From contig JANQLL010000164.1 of NCBI GenBank assembly GCA_028280605.1, positions 99 to 64,098 of the forward strand: a DNA stretch of 64,000 bases, read 5' to 3'. Source of the stretch: Candidatus Gastranaerophilales bacterium (lineage in GTDB: Bacteria > Cyanobacteriota > Vampirovibrionia > Gastranaerophilales > JANQFW01). Shown here in pieces: positions 46,798 to 57,106 of the stretch; within the stretch, counting starts at the first letter, position 1; the number at the start of each line of letters is the position of its first letter. The notes beneath the pieces were generated by a model that searched no databases, was not told where the DNA came from, and was given only the letters and a program-made list of their open reading frames with translations. The translations under genes and the position numbers were made by a program.

Positions 46798-47850
46798 ATG
46801 AAAAATATCAATATAGAAATAAGTCCCAAAAGTATTGTTTTAGTAGGAGTGTTTTTATTACTATGCTGGATTTCTTGGAAATCTATTAACGTACTATTAT
46901 TATTATTTGCATCTTTTACTATTTCCAGCTCGTTGTACCCAATTGTTGATTGGATGAGCAAAAAAATGCCAAGAGGCTTGGCTATACTTATTGTTTATAT
47001 AGTTGGATTTTTAGCTTTAAGTACTATTTTTATTCCGTTTATATCTGTTGTAGTAGAGCAAACTAATGAGTTTTTAAAGCAAATACCCGTATATTTTAAA
47101 GAAATTGATGAGTTAATATTAAGCGTACAGCAGTCATCTAACCAAAAACTTATCTTTCTATCTAAAATATATGATTTTTCTGACATAGCAACTGATCTGA
47201 CCAAACTGGGACAGGATCTTTTAAGCCGTTCTATAAATATAACCCTTAATGTATTTGCAGGCTTTATAACGGCATTCACGTTAGCCACAATGGTCTTATT
47301 TATGCTTTTGGATAAGGAAGATTTAAAAAATGATTTTTTAAGCTTCTTCCCTCAAAGTAAAAGAAAACAAGCTGAGGAAATATCTAAAACAATAGCTAAT
47401 AAAGTGGGTGGTTATTTTAGAGGTCAATTAATGGTTATGTTTGCAGTAGGCTTGATTACAGCTTTATGCCTAAAGCTTATAGGTTTGGAATTTGCGCTTT
47501 TGTTAGGAATAGTGGCTGGAGTACTTGAAATAATACCAATTGTAGGACCTATTTTGGCAGCTGTACCGGCAATAATAATTGCATTGGTTACTGACCCTTG
47601 GCTTGCTTTAGCCACTCTTGTTGTTTATTTGGTAGTTCAAAGGCTTGAGAATACGTTTTTAAGCCCCATGATTCTGGGTAAATTTCTTGACATGAATCCG
47701 TTGTTAATTATCTTAGCAATTTTAATAGCCGCTAATACAATGGGCGTAGCCGGGGTGATTTTATCCCCTGCCATATTGGCTTCTCTTTATGTATTAGTAC
47801 AAGAGTTGTATCTTAAAAAAATTGATAAACCCCGGAAAGTTAGCCAATAG
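46798..47850 (+). CDS. AI-2E / PerM (UPF0118) family membrane transporter
   Basis: 350 aa, polytopic. The ..LE(I)IP.VGP..A.VPA..(I)AL.. motif is typical of the family. Confidence 0.8.
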   Translation: MKNINIEISPKSIVLVGVFLLLCWISWKSINVLLLLFASFTISSSLYPIVDWMSKKMPRGLAILIVYIVGFLALSTIFIPFISVVVEQTNEFLKQIPVYFKEIDELILSVQQSSNQKLIFLSKIYDFSDIATDLTKLGQDLLSRSINITLNVFAGFITAFTLATMVLFMLLDKEDLKNDFLSFFPQSKRKQAEEISKTIANKVGGYFRGQLMVMFAVGLITALCLKLIGLEFALLLGIVAGVLEIIPIVGPILAAVPAIIIALVTDPWLALATLVVYLVVQRLENTFLSPMILGKFLDMNPLLIILAILIAANTMGVAGVILSPAILASLYVLVQELYLKKIDKPRKVSQ

Positions 47851-48192
47851 TCTTTATTTATAAAAATTAATATTAAAATTGTAAATAATCTGAATTCTAA
47901 AACGTACTCCTATGAGAGGGTAAATTATAAAAAAATACATTTTTAGTTTATTGTTTTCATGACTTAAAGTGTTATTATTCATGTCAAAAGGAAGGGAGTG
48001 ATGGCAAGAGGCATTCATCGGTAATGCTGTATATAAAAATAAAAGAATGGTTAGAGTTACTAAATAACAAATAAGATAATAAAAACAAATGAATTTTGCA
48101 TTATTATCTCTATAAATCCTAAAACCAGGAATGTTTAGACTATTAACATATGTAAAATTGAATAAAAGAAAGACTAATTTTTATTCGACTGG

Positions 48193-50715
48193 CTATTTAA
48201 ATAATATGGTTTTTAGCTCATAAGGTTTAAATGACAGTCCACAGTTCATGGCAAATTCTGTTGAGAAGAATTCTTCATAAGAATTAACTTTCAAGTACTT
48301 GGTTAAATGATCACAGGCTTCAAAACAAACTGTTTGTGTCTGGTTTGATAAATTAAAAAGTCTAATTATTATTCCATTAACATCATCAACCTGAGACGGT
48401 TTCATGCAATATGTGTAAATATTAGGATTATCATAGTTTACTAAATTTACACTAGTTGCTTTATCATTGGATTTATTTAAAATTCCATATCCGGCAGTAG
48501 GCATTGCATAAAAAGCATCTGCCTGAGCAAATAATTCTCTTGGATTATCTGTAGGATATAAGGAATATTCATTTGTTTGTTCATTTAAACATTGTGCTTG
48601 GCTTACAGATAATGGCGGACCAGCACATAAATTTCTGCTGCGTAATTTTTCTTTAGAAAGCATACCCACTGATCTTAATAAGGTTATATAAAGATTATTA
48701 TTTTCAACGTTATACTCTTGAAGTCCTTTTGTTATAATCCCCAATCCATTACACCACACAAATCTTTGCATTGGTACTGTGTTAGTTCTAACTTCCTCTA
48801 ATTGTTTTGCAGGCAAACTATCTTCTAATTTATAGTCAGGATAAAAGTTTCTTTCTATTAAGCCTAAGGTATTTTCTGATATAGTTTTATTTATAGGATT
48901 TTCAAAATTAAATCTTAACTGAAGCAAGTGATCCTTAGACTTGTTTTCCCACACTGTTTTAAAATCAATTCTTTTTGAGTTAGCATAAACGGTTATAAAT
49001 ATATCAACTTCGTGTTCTATGAGTTTTGAACTTCGTTTATTATCTTCTGTTAACCCTTCCGGGATTTTTATCAAGTATTGTAGGTTCAGTACTGCTCTTA
49101 TATCATTACTTTCTATTATTTCAGTTGCTACAAGTTCAGCGTTAATTTCAGTATCACCCTCTATAGGATCAAAATTATAACTGTCGCCATTATCTGCATA
49201 ATCGCAAAAAACAAGTAAATTATCGAAAATAGCATTAGTTTCCTTATCAAACAGAGTTAAAGATTCTGTTATGTCATCGATTTGTATTTTAATTTTTGAA
49301 TTTTCAATATGATTTAATGATATTTTTGGCTTATCTTGTGGTAAATATAAACTATTAAGGTCTATATAGCTTAAAGACATTGGGCTTAAGTTTTTACCCC
49401 ACAGCAGATATTCGTAAAAAGTGTGTATATCTTCCTTTAATGGTGCTCTTTGCGTATCAAAAATTATATCTTGAGGGAATTCATTAGCTGTACTTAATAA
49501 TATAGCTTTGTCTTTTGATAGACGGTACGGAACTTTTACTTTAACAGGACCGGTATATTGTTTATTCAAATGATTAAAAACAATTAATTTACTGCTATCA
49601 GTTAATTGTGCGGCTGTGAGCATTGATTTATCCATTAAATAATTAAAAATCTGATCAATACGCTCAAATCTTGTTTCCATTTCTTTGTGCACTGGGTCAA
49701 TGCTGCATCCGCAAATGCTATCGTGCGGCTGATTTTTCAGCAGGAGTTTCCATAGATATTCCAGTTCATTATTATAGTTGGGTGTTAGTCCATGTGTATT
49801 TAGCAAAGAAATTAATGGCTCTAAGAGTTTTGTTATATTAAAAGTATTTATTATATTTAGTTTTTTAAGATATGTTCTTGTAGAATAAGTACCCGGCAAA
49901 ATTGGAGCATTAGTATTATCTCTTAATTCACCCGTATGTTCAGTTAATTTTGGATTTTCTATTTTTATTTTATTTATATAACTGAATAAAGAGCCTGTTG
50001 TTATATTATAATCATTTATTTTATTATTTATTTTTATTATTAGATCTTCAAAATTATCGGGTAAATTAATATGATCGCCCCCGCTTGGCAGTAAAATATT
50101 ATCAGTTAAAGAGTTTTGTTTAATGTTGTCGAGTATTTGTTTTAGTTTTTGTATTTTTTCTTCTAGAGATATGTCTTGATTTAAAATATCTTGAAAATAT
50201 CCCTGCATAAGATGAACAGTAAACAGTTGCGAGTCATCACTTGACTTCCATATAAATTCAGAAGGTTTCTCGCCTGCACCGCGCCATAAAGCACAGTCTT
50301 TTATCCCAAAAGAATTTAAAATCTGTGGTATTTGAGAATTATGACCAAATGAGTCGGGCAAATATCCAATGAATTCGTCAGCACTTAGCGAGCGGGCATA
50401 TTTTAGACCATAGAATAAATTTCTTATCAAGCACTCACCACTTACAAGAAACTCATCAGCTAACACGTACCATGGACCTATAAAGAGTTTATTCTCCATG
50501 ATGAGTTTCTTGATTTTTTCTTTATTTTGCGGATATAGCACAAAATAGTCTTCCAGAAGAATAGTTTGCCCGTCGAGCAAAAAGCTGCTAGCTTTATTGT
50601 TTTCCAACTGAAAAATAATATTATCAATAACTTCTATTAACCTTAGCCTGAATTCTTCAAAACTTCTGTACCACTCTCTATCCCAATGTGTATGAGAATA
50701 AACTGTTACCTGCAT
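48193..50715 (-). CDS. Glycoside hydrolase family 38 alpha-mannosidase / mannosylglycerate hydrolase-like
   Basis: 840 aa. N-terminal VYSHTHWDREW..F and LPDSFGH, QPHDSICGCS motifs of GH38. Confidence 0.82.
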   Translation of the reverse strand: MQVTVYSHTHWDREWYRSFEEFRLRLIEVIDNIIFQLENNKASSFLLDGQTILLEDYFVLYPQNKEKIKKLIMENKLFIGPWYVLADEFLVSGECLIRNLFYGLKYARSLSADEFIGYLPDSFGHNSQIPQILNSFGIKDCALWRGAGEKPSEFIWKSSDDSQLFTVHLMQGYFQDILNQDISLEEKIQKLKQILDNIKQNSLTDNILLPSGGDHINLPDNFEDLIIKINNKINDYNITTGSLFSYINKIKIENPKLTEHTGELRDNTNAPILPGTYSTRTYLKKLNIINTFNITKLLEPLISLLNTHGLTPNYNNELEYLWKLLLKNQPHDSICGCSIDPVHKEMETRFERIDQIFNYLMDKSMLTAAQLTDSSKLIVFNHLNKQYTGPVKVKVPYRLSKDKAILLSTANEFPQDIIFDTQRAPLKEDIHTFYEYLLWGKNLSPMSLSYIDLNSLYLPQDKPKISLNHIENSKIKIQIDDITESLTLFDKETNAIFDNLLVFCDYADNGDSYNFDPIEGDTEINAELVATEIIESNDIRAVLNLQYLIKIPEGLTEDNKRSSKLIEHEVDIFITVYANSKRIDFKTVWENKSKDHLLQLRFNFENPINKTISENTLGLIERNFYPDYKLEDSLPAKQLEEVRTNTVPMQRFVWCNGLGIITKGLQEYNVENNNLYITLLRSVGMLSKEKLRSRNLCAGPPLSVSQAQCLNEQTNEYSLYPTDNPRELFAQADAFYAMPTAGYGILNKSNDKATSVNLVNYDNPNIYTYCMKPSQVDDVNGIIIRLFNLSNQTQTVCFEACDHLTKYLKVNSYEEFFSTEFAMNCGLSFKPYELKTILFK

Positions 50716-50845
50716 AATTGTTTCCTTATTTAAATTTATATATCCTCCAGCTAAGGAAGATTTTTTAACTCTCTATTCGTCGCTTTTGCTGACTCTTTCA
50801 ATCATTCAATCATTAGATATTATTTTATTAAAAAATTATTCATTT

Positions 50846-51133
50846 TTATTCATTTTTTTTTCTAAGCCAGAAGAATGGTAAAAATAACCCGCCAATGAAT
50901 ATTGGTAATCCTGCTACTCCAAAAAACATCGACACTAGCAGTGTTATGACTACAGAAATTAGTATCCATTTAAGTAGTAATTGCGTATCAAAAACATCCT
51001 GAACATTAGAGTCTATTTGTGTATCAAAGCTGACTTTACCACCGCATTTATCGCAAAAATCGCTGTCTTGCCTTAGTTGTCTGGAGCAGTAAGGGCATGT
51101 GTACATATAATATTTTTTCCTAATGCAATACAC
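50846..51133 (-). CDS. Zinc-ribbon membrane protein (hypothetical)
   Basis: CPYCSRQL..FCDKCG zinc-ribbon followed by two hydrophobic helices. The true start may be the internal MYTCPYC. Confidence 0.5.
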   Translation of the reverse strand: MYCIRKKYYMYTCPYCSRQLRQDSDFCDKCGGKVSFDTQIDSNVQDVFDTQLLLKWILISVVITLLVSMFFGVAGLPIFIGGLFLPFFWLRKKNE

Positions 51134-51232
51134 TATATGATCTATTATACCAGAAATTTAAGAATAGCTTATTAAAGAAATTTAAAAGCAAATAGTGCAT
51201 AATATTAGTGATAAAAAATTGGTATAGTACTT

Positions 51233-51630
51233 ATGTACATTACAGAAGCAGGAAATAAATATCTAAAACCTTTAGTTTCATTAATAGAAGGTGAACATAA
51301 TAAACAAACTTTTGAAAAATATTTATATGGTTTAATGTTAGAAAATAGGATTTTTCTGTGAAAAACGAGTATTTTTAAAAAAGACGGAAACCTAAACTTT
51401 ATAACTATGATAAGTAGATTCTGGTCAGGGAATGCCAAAAAGCCCTCAGAGATAAAGTTGAACCTTTTATTGTGTGAGATGCCTCGATTTTAGAGATTGG
51501 AAGCGTACTTATAGCTGATGGTCACGGGCTGAACTTTCAAGTGATAAATCCGTTTAGCGTTAAGCCCGCAAGAGCAAGCCTTGTTGGCTTTTTAGACTGG
51601 AAGTCAACTAGAAAAATTTTACGTCTATAA
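51233..51630 (+). pseudogene. Decayed remnant of a Mu-like (MuA/rve-type DDE) transposase gene
   Basis: Three colinear fragments broken by a frameshift and an in-frame TGA (51475-51477): ..IEGEHNKQTFEKYLYGLMLE.., ..LVRECQKALRDKVEP.., ..LIADGHGLNFQVINPFSVKPARASLVGFLDWKSTRKIL... The last resembles the MuA first-Asp region [13 protein letters not shown]...[19 protein letters not shown] as I recall it. Confidence 0.5.
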
Positions 51631-51916
51631 ACGTTACTGCAGAGCAAAGTTTTAAGTAGTAATAAATAGAGGTAAAATTAAGACAATGATTGATCCAATT
51701 GAGTACAATATTTACTTGCAAGGGCAGAATGGGATCCGGATAAAGTGCGAGATGATTTGCAGTCATATGTGGTTGAATCTATAACTGGTTGGGATTGGAT
51801 TATAGACTCAATGGATAAAGCTCAAAAGGTTATAGATTTATTGCATTTTGGTATTACCTATTTTTAAACTTAATCACTTAAAATTATAAGCTTTATACCC
51901 TAGAAAAAAGTAATTA

Positions 51917-52927
51917 TCATACATTAAATTGATAAAACTCTTCTTTTTTTAAATTTCTGTTCATTAATTTATTTATAACTTTTTTAGCTGAAATATCAGT
52001 ATAAACAGCCTCATAAATAGCACTTGCCAACGGAGCCTGAATATTTAATTTATTTGCCAGCTCGCATACAGCTTTAGATGTCTTTACACCCTCAGCGACA
52101 GAGACTAATTCTTCCAAAATAGCATCTAACTTTTTACCCTGACCAAGTTTAAAACCAACCTGATAATTACGGCTTAAAGGACTACTGCAAGTAGCTATCA
52201 AATCACCCACACCGGATAATCCATATAAAGTACTAGGATTTGCGCCTAATTCAATGCTCAATCTCACTATCTCTGCCATACCTCTGGTCAAAATAGCACC
52301 ACGAGCATTATCTCCAAGCTCCATAGCATCAACAAACCCTGAAGCTATAGCAATAACGTTTTTTAAACTGCCACCCAGCTCTACACCAACCAGATCAGGA
52401 TTAGTATAAAGCCTAAATTTGCCCGGCACATTTAAACTTTTTTGTACATACTCAGCAGCTTCAGTATTTTTTGAGGCAACAGAAGCAGCCGTAGGCAATC
52501 CTTTTAATACTTCTTTTGCCAAAGTTGGCCCGGATAAAACCACTATGTCATTTTCTGGTAATTCTTCTTCGACAACTTCGCTCATTCTTTGCAAGCCCGG
52601 TAGTTCAAGACCTTTTGATGTGTTAACTACTATTTGATTATCTTTGATACCTGCTTCTTTTAATTTTTTTGATACATCTCTAATACCGGAAGTGGATACA
52701 ACCAAAAGTATTATGTCTGCACCTTCTATAGCTTCTTTTAAGTCTGAAGTTATTTGAACTTTTGAGTTCAGTTCAACTTTTACGGGAAATTCGATTGATT
52801 TTATTTTTAGAAACTCATCAGTTAGATCTTCTCTTCTTGACCAAACAGTTACATCATCAAAATTATTTGTTAAAAGCCATGTAAGAGTTAATCCCCAGCT
52901 TCCGGCACCCAGTACTGTTAATTTCAT
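51917..52927 (-). CDS. gpsA: NAD(P)H-dependent glycerol-3-phosphate dehydrogenase
   Basis: 336 aa. MKLTVLGAGSWGLTL Rossmann motif and GSLKNVIAIA, GLSGVGDL motifs. Confidence 0.92.
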   Translation of the reverse strand: MKLTVLGAGSWGLTLTWLLTNNFDDVTVWSRREDLTDEFLKIKSIEFPVKVELNSKVQITSDLKEAIEGADIILLVVSTSGIRDVSKKLKEAGIKDNQIVVNTSKGLELPGLQRMSEVVEEELPENDIVVLSGPTLAKEVLKGLPTAASVASKNTEAAEYVQKSLNVPGKFRLYTNPDLVGVELGGSLKNVIAIASGFVDAMELGDNARGAILTRGMAEIVRLSIELGANPSTLYGLSGVGDLIATCSSPLSRNYQVGFKLGQGKKLDAILEELVSVAEGVKTSKAVCELANKLNIQAPLASAIYEAVYTDISAKKVINKLMNRNLKKEEFYQFNV

Positions 52928-52944
52928 TATTTAAAACTCCCCGT

Positions 52945-53571
52945 TTATTCTCTTATTTTATTTTCTTTCCCCTGTATCAGACGTTGTATGTTACTTCTAT
53001 GAAGATATACAATATAAAGGGCACCTATTGTACTGTATATAACATAACTTATAGGCTGTTTTAAAAGGAACATTAAAAGAGGTGTAACCAATATAGTTAT
53101 AATAGAAGAGATTGAAACTATCTTAGTAAACCAGGTTAAATTACACCAAAGAATAATTGCAACTAAACCTACCGGCCAAGATAATCCAACTACAGAACCA
53201 ACACCAGTAGCCACTGACTTTCCACCTTTAAAGCCTATATAAACAGGTTTGCTATGACCAATGATCAAAGCAGTTGCTACTAAAACCGGCAAAATTGAAT
53301 ATTCAGGGAATATTCCCAGTTTAACTTCAAGATATTTTGCAAAAGCTACAGGAAAAATACCTTTAAGGGCATCAAAAACCATGACTGCAATATACTCTTT
53401 TTTTCCGAGTACTCTTTTTACATTAGTTGCACCGGTACTTCCACTTCCTACTGTTCTTATATCTATACCCTTTTTGAGTTTTACTAATAAATATCCTGTA
53501 GGAAAAGCCCCTATCAAGTACGCTAAAATTACTATTAGACCTGTATTTAAATATAAGTTATCAAACAACAT
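52945..53571 (-). CDS. plsY: Glycerol-3-phosphate acyltransferase PlsY
   Basis: 208 aa membrane protein. GSGSTGATNV and HSKPVYIGFKGGK(S)VAT motifs. Confidence 0.9.
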   Translation of the reverse strand: MLFDNLYLNTGLIVILAYLIGAFPTGYLLVKLKKGIDIRTVGSGSTGATNVKRVLGKKEYIAVMVFDALKGIFPVAFAKYLEVKLGIFPEYSILPVLVATALIIGHSKPVYIGFKGGKSVATGVGSVVGLSWPVGLVAIILWCNLTWFTKIVSISSIITILVTPLLMFLLKQPISYVIYSTIGALYIVYLHRSNIQRLIQGKENKIRE

Positions 53572-53603
53572 ATTTTAACCCTCACACACTCTTATTTATT
53601 GTT

Positions 53604-54929
53604 TTATTTTTCTTTTTTATTTTTAAACACTATTTTTATGGGAGTACCCTCAAAACCAAAGGCTTCTCTTAATTTATTTTCCAAGTATCTTTGATAGCTA
53701 TCTATTACAAGGCTTTTATCGTTTACAAAAAACGCAAAAGTAGGCGGCTGTACACCAACCTGTGTTGCATAATATGCTTTTAATCTTTTATTCTTCACCG
53801 ATGGTGGAGGATTTAAGGAAAAAGCTTCTAAAACAACTCTATTTAAAAGACTTGTCGCTACTTTCTTTGTAGATTCTTTATGGACCTCTTGGACCAAGGC
53901 GAATATCTTATGTATTCTCTTTTTTGTCATAGCACTTATATATAAGATAGGAGCAAAACTCAAATGAGGAGCTTCTCTTCTTATTACTTTGGTGTAACCG
54001 TTGACTGTATATGTATTTTTATTTTCTACCAAATCCCATTTGTTTACTACAACAACTATTGCCCTACCTGCTTCGTTGCTTATCTGTGCAATTTTTTTAT
54101 CTTGATCAGTGATGTTTTCTATAGCATCAACAAGCAAAACAGTCACATCTGACTCTCTTATTGCTTTTAATGACCTTATGACAGAAAATTTTTCTATACC
54201 GTATTCAACTTTTGATTTTCTTCTAATACCTGCAGTATCAACTAATATATATTCTTCACCTTCATAATCAACGCTTGTATTGATAGAATCTCGTGTTGTG
54301 CCAGCAACATCACTTACAATAACTCTTTCTTGCCCTAAAAGCGAATTAACCAAAGAGGATTTACCTACATTAGGCCTGCCGACTATTGCAAGGCGAAGGG
54401 ATTTTGATTCTTCTTCGCTGATATCTTGAGGAAATAAAGCGGTTAATTCATCTAATATATCACCTATCCCACCTAAACCATGCATTGCTGACACAGGAGA
54501 CGGGGTTCCTACAGCCAGAGAATAAAAATCATTTATTAAATCCTTTTTTTCAGTACCATCAATTTTATTGACCGCTAATAAAATCGGCTTTTTGGTCTTT
54601 CTTAATAAATTAGCAATATCTTCATCCACAGGGGTAACGCCTTCTGCGCCATCAGTTAAAAATATAATCACATCCGCTTCTCTGGTAGCAACTTCTACCT
54701 GAGAATATATTGATGTCATTATTTCATCTTTTAAATCCGGTATAATACCGCCGGTATCTATTATTGTAAATGGTTTGCCAGTCCACTCCACGTCAAAATA
54801 CAATCTGTCCCTTGTTACGCCTGGCATATCATCTACAATGGATTCTCTTGCCCCAACAAGTCTGTTAACAAAGGTTGATTTACCCACATTGGGTCTTCCT
54901 ACTATTGCTACTATTGGTTTTTTACTCAT
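53604..54929 (-). CDS. der: Ribosome-associated GTPase Der/EngA
   Basis: 441 aa. Two tandem G domains (GRPNVGKST twice, DTGG/DTAG, NKID/NKWD) and a KH-like C-terminus. Confidence 0.93.
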   Translation of the reverse strand: MSKKPIVAIVGRPNVGKSTFVNRLVGARESIVDDMPGVTRDRLYFDVEWTGKPFTIIDTGGIIPDLKDEIMTSIYSQVEVATREADVIIFLTDGAEGVTPVDEDIANLLRKTKKPILLAVNKIDGTEKKDLINDFYSLAVGTPSPVSAMHGLGGIGDILDELTALFPQDISEEESKSLRLAIVGRPNVGKSSLVNSLLGQERVIVSDVAGTTRDSINTSVDYEGEEYILVDTAGIRRKSKVEYGIEKFSVIRSLKAIRESDVTVLLVDAIENITDQDKKIAQISNEAGRAIVVVVNKWDLVENKNTYTVNGYTKVIRREAPHLSFAPILYISAMTKKRIHKIFALVQEVHKESTKKVATSLLNRVVLEAFSLNPPPSVKNKRLKAYYATQVGVQPPTFAFFVNDKSLVIDSYQRYLENKLREAFGFEGTPIKIVFKNKKEK

Positions 54930-55108
54930 TTTATTTTATGTTCTATTCCACTTATTTTATTTATTATTATTTTTTTAATATATATTAAAAATTAAAAATC
55001 TAAAAAAGAAATTAAAATATTTTAGATTCAGTATAAAGTATAACCCAAAAACAAAATAAAGTTGGTTATAGTCATTACCTTTCTTAATATCAAGATAACT
55101 TAGAGTTA

Positions 55109-56302
55109 TTATTTAATAATTCTATCCAGCACTGCAAAGGCTTTGTAATGTTTTTCTACGTCGTGAACCCTGATAATATTGGCCCCATTCGCAGCAGCAT
55201 AAGAGTTAAGCGCAATGTTTGCATCTTCTCTGTCTGTAATGGGTAAATCTATTATATTTGATATTATTGATTTTCTTGAAATACCTGCCAGCAATGGAAA
55301 ACCTAATGATGCAAACTCTTGAATTCTTTTAATAATTTCAATATTATGCTCCAAAGTTTTACCAAAACCCACACCTGGATCAACTATGATATTTTCTTTT
55401 TTTATACCGGCATTAATCAATTTTTGAGTTTTATCGTGTAAATAAGTACAAATGCAGTCTACAACATTTTGAGAGTATTCTGGATTTATCTGCATTGTTT
55501 CAGGGCTGGATAAACTATGCATAATAACTACAGGCACTTGCAACTCGAGCGCTACATAGAGCATTTTATCATCCCAATCAAAGCCGGACACGTCATTTAT
55601 TATATCAGCACCGTTTAATACAGCTTCTTTCGCCACAATAGAGTGTCTTGTATCAATACTAATAGGAATATTTTCATTAAGTTTTCTTATTTCTTTAATA
55701 ACCGGAATAACTCTGTGCAACTCTTCATCAGGTGATACTTCTTTTGAATAGGGTCTTGTTGACTCGCCACCTATGTCGATAATATCAACATTAAATTCCA
55801 GCATTTTATTTACTTGATCTAAAGCTGTATCAATATTATCAAACTGTCTCCCATCAGAAAAAGAATCTGGGGTTACATTTAAGATACCCATTATATATGT
55901 TTTTTTTGCCCAGTCAAGTTCAGTATTTCTTATTTTTAAGGGTTTAAGGCCCAAAAGTAAATACTCATGCAATTCTTGCGAAAGCTTTTTCAAGCCAAAA
56001 GGTTGTAAATTTAGCTTATCTACAAGCTTGATTAACTGTGCATAAGTTGCACCTATAATTAAATCTGTTGTTTCCACTTCTGAAGAGATAACGCCCATAT
56101 GAACAGCAGCATCAGCGCCTAAAGATAAAGCCAATTGTTTTATAGTATTAGCCTGAGCACAGTTTAAACCGTGGATTTTTACTAATAAAAAATTATATTT
56201 ATTTTTTGCTTTTTTTATATAACCTTTAAAAAAGCCTATATCTTCTAATGCCTTATCAACAGAATCAGGAAATATTTTGCGAATAAAAAACTGCTTTTGC
56301 AT
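55109..56302 (-). CDS. folP: Dihydropteroate synthase with an extra ~130-aa N-terminal domain
   Basis: GILNVTPDSFSDG, DIGGESTRP and DPGVGFGK motifs in the C-terminal ~265 aa. The N-terminal extension is of unknown function. Confidence 0.85.
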   Translation of the reverse strand: MQKQFFIRKIFPDSVDKALEDIGFFKGYIKKAKNKYNFLLVKIHGLNCAQANTIKQLALSLGADAAVHMGVISSEVETTDLIIGATYAQLIKLVDKLNLQPFGLKKLSQELHEYLLLGLKPLKIRNTELDWAKKTYIMGILNVTPDSFSDGRQFDNIDTALDQVNKMLEFNVDIIDIGGESTRPYSKEVSPDEELHRVIPVIKEIRKLNENIPISIDTRHSIVAKEAVLNGADIINDVSGFDWDDKMLYVALELQVPVVIMHSLSSPETMQINPEYSQNVVDCICTYLHDKTQKLINAGIKKENIIVDPGVGFGKTLEHNIEIIKRIQEFASLGFPLLAGISRKSIISNIIDLPITDREDANIALNSYAAANGANIIRVHDVEKHYKAFAVLDRIIK

Positions 56303-56323
56303 TATTAACTCTTAGACTTATAT

Positions 56324-57013
56324 TTAAATTAAGCCTCTGCGCCTCATGTCAATTTGTTTTTTATGTACAATTTTATGAATTTTATTTATTTCAGAGTTTT
56401 CCAGACCAATAAACTTAAAGCCTGTTAAGAATGTTTTGTGTTCAGCATCATATTGAACATGTATATGCTTTACTTCTGATTCAACCTTAAGTCCTGCTGC
56501 ACTGAAAAGAACTCTTAATTTTTTACTTGCAACAATTTTATTTTTAGTTGTTACAGCAATGCCACCACCACCTAAATTTGCACATTTAACAGTTGATTCA
56601 GAAGCTACTTCCAGCCCGTTTAATTGCATTACTCTGAGTTTAACCTCAAAGCTAAAATCCATTCTTAAAAATTCTCTGCGTTGTAACCTGTCCAAATATT
56701 CAGGAAGTGTTACCCATAAACCTGATATAGAACCTTTTGCTATACTCTGAACAGAACATTCTCCAGTCCAAAGACCTTCTTTTGTTACACTGCCTATATG
56801 TAAAACAGAGCGTGGGGGCAGGCTCATTTGAATACCATTTGACACTAGTGAATCAATTAAAAGCACACCGCTATTAATATCTTTAACATAAGAGGGATAA
56901 TATTCTGAGCTATTACCTCTTCTTACAGAAAGTTTCCTTCCCATTGGGAAATAGGAATCGATATCTGTCCTAATTATTTCTTTATTATTGTTATTATTGT
57001 CATTAAAAAACAT
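56324..57013 (-). CDS. PilZ-domain c-di-GMP-binding protein (YcgR-like two-domain layout)
   Basis: 229 aa. RREFLR (RxxxR) followed by NLGGGGIAV (D/NxSxxG-like). Confidence 0.7.
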   Translation of the reverse strand: MFFNDNNNNNKEIIRTDIDSYFPMGRKLSVRRGNSSEYYPSYVKDINSGVLLIDSLVSNGIQMSLPPRSVLHIGSVTKEGLWTGECSVQSIAKGSISGLWVTLPEYLDRLQRREFLRMDFSFEVKLRVMQLNGLEVASESTVKCANLGGGGIAVTTKNKIVASKKLRVLFSAAGLKVESEVKHIHVQYDAEHKTFLTGFKFIGLENSEINKIHKIVHKKQIDMRRRGLI

Positions 57014-57106
57014 CTTTGACTCTATCCCAAATAATATTTTCTTCTTTATCAGTATATATTATATATTAAAAATTAAAATATTTTTATACGTAAAAACGTT
57101 GAATTT

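Noticed and set aside
47884-47896. AATAATCTGAA, an 11-nt match to the left arm of the intergenic repeat in reverse orientation.
   Set aside because: No partner arm (CTCTTTTCAGAG-like) lies within 100 nt, and the flanks do not align. A chance AT-rich match is likely.
48001-48024. 7-codon mini-ORF (MARGIHR) after a purine-rich AAGGAAGGGAG stretch, followed by a GCATT/AATGC hairpin, in the gap between the AI-2E transporter and the GH38 gene.
   Set aside because: It is too short to evaluate, no downstream gene on that strand could be regulated by it, and it cannot be supported without conservation or ribosome-profiling data.
51205-51438. 77-aa minus-strand ORF in the gpsA-proximal gap.
   Set aside because: The opposite strand carries colinear Mu-transposase-like fragments. 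This ORF has no motif and is probably accidental.
51475-51477. In-frame TGA within the transposase-like frame as possible recoding (Sec/Trp/Gly).
   Set aside because: TGA is used as a genuine stop in this window (for example at the end of the NuoE-like gene). The locus also has a frameshift and truncation, so a nonsense mutation in a pseudogene is the simpler reading.
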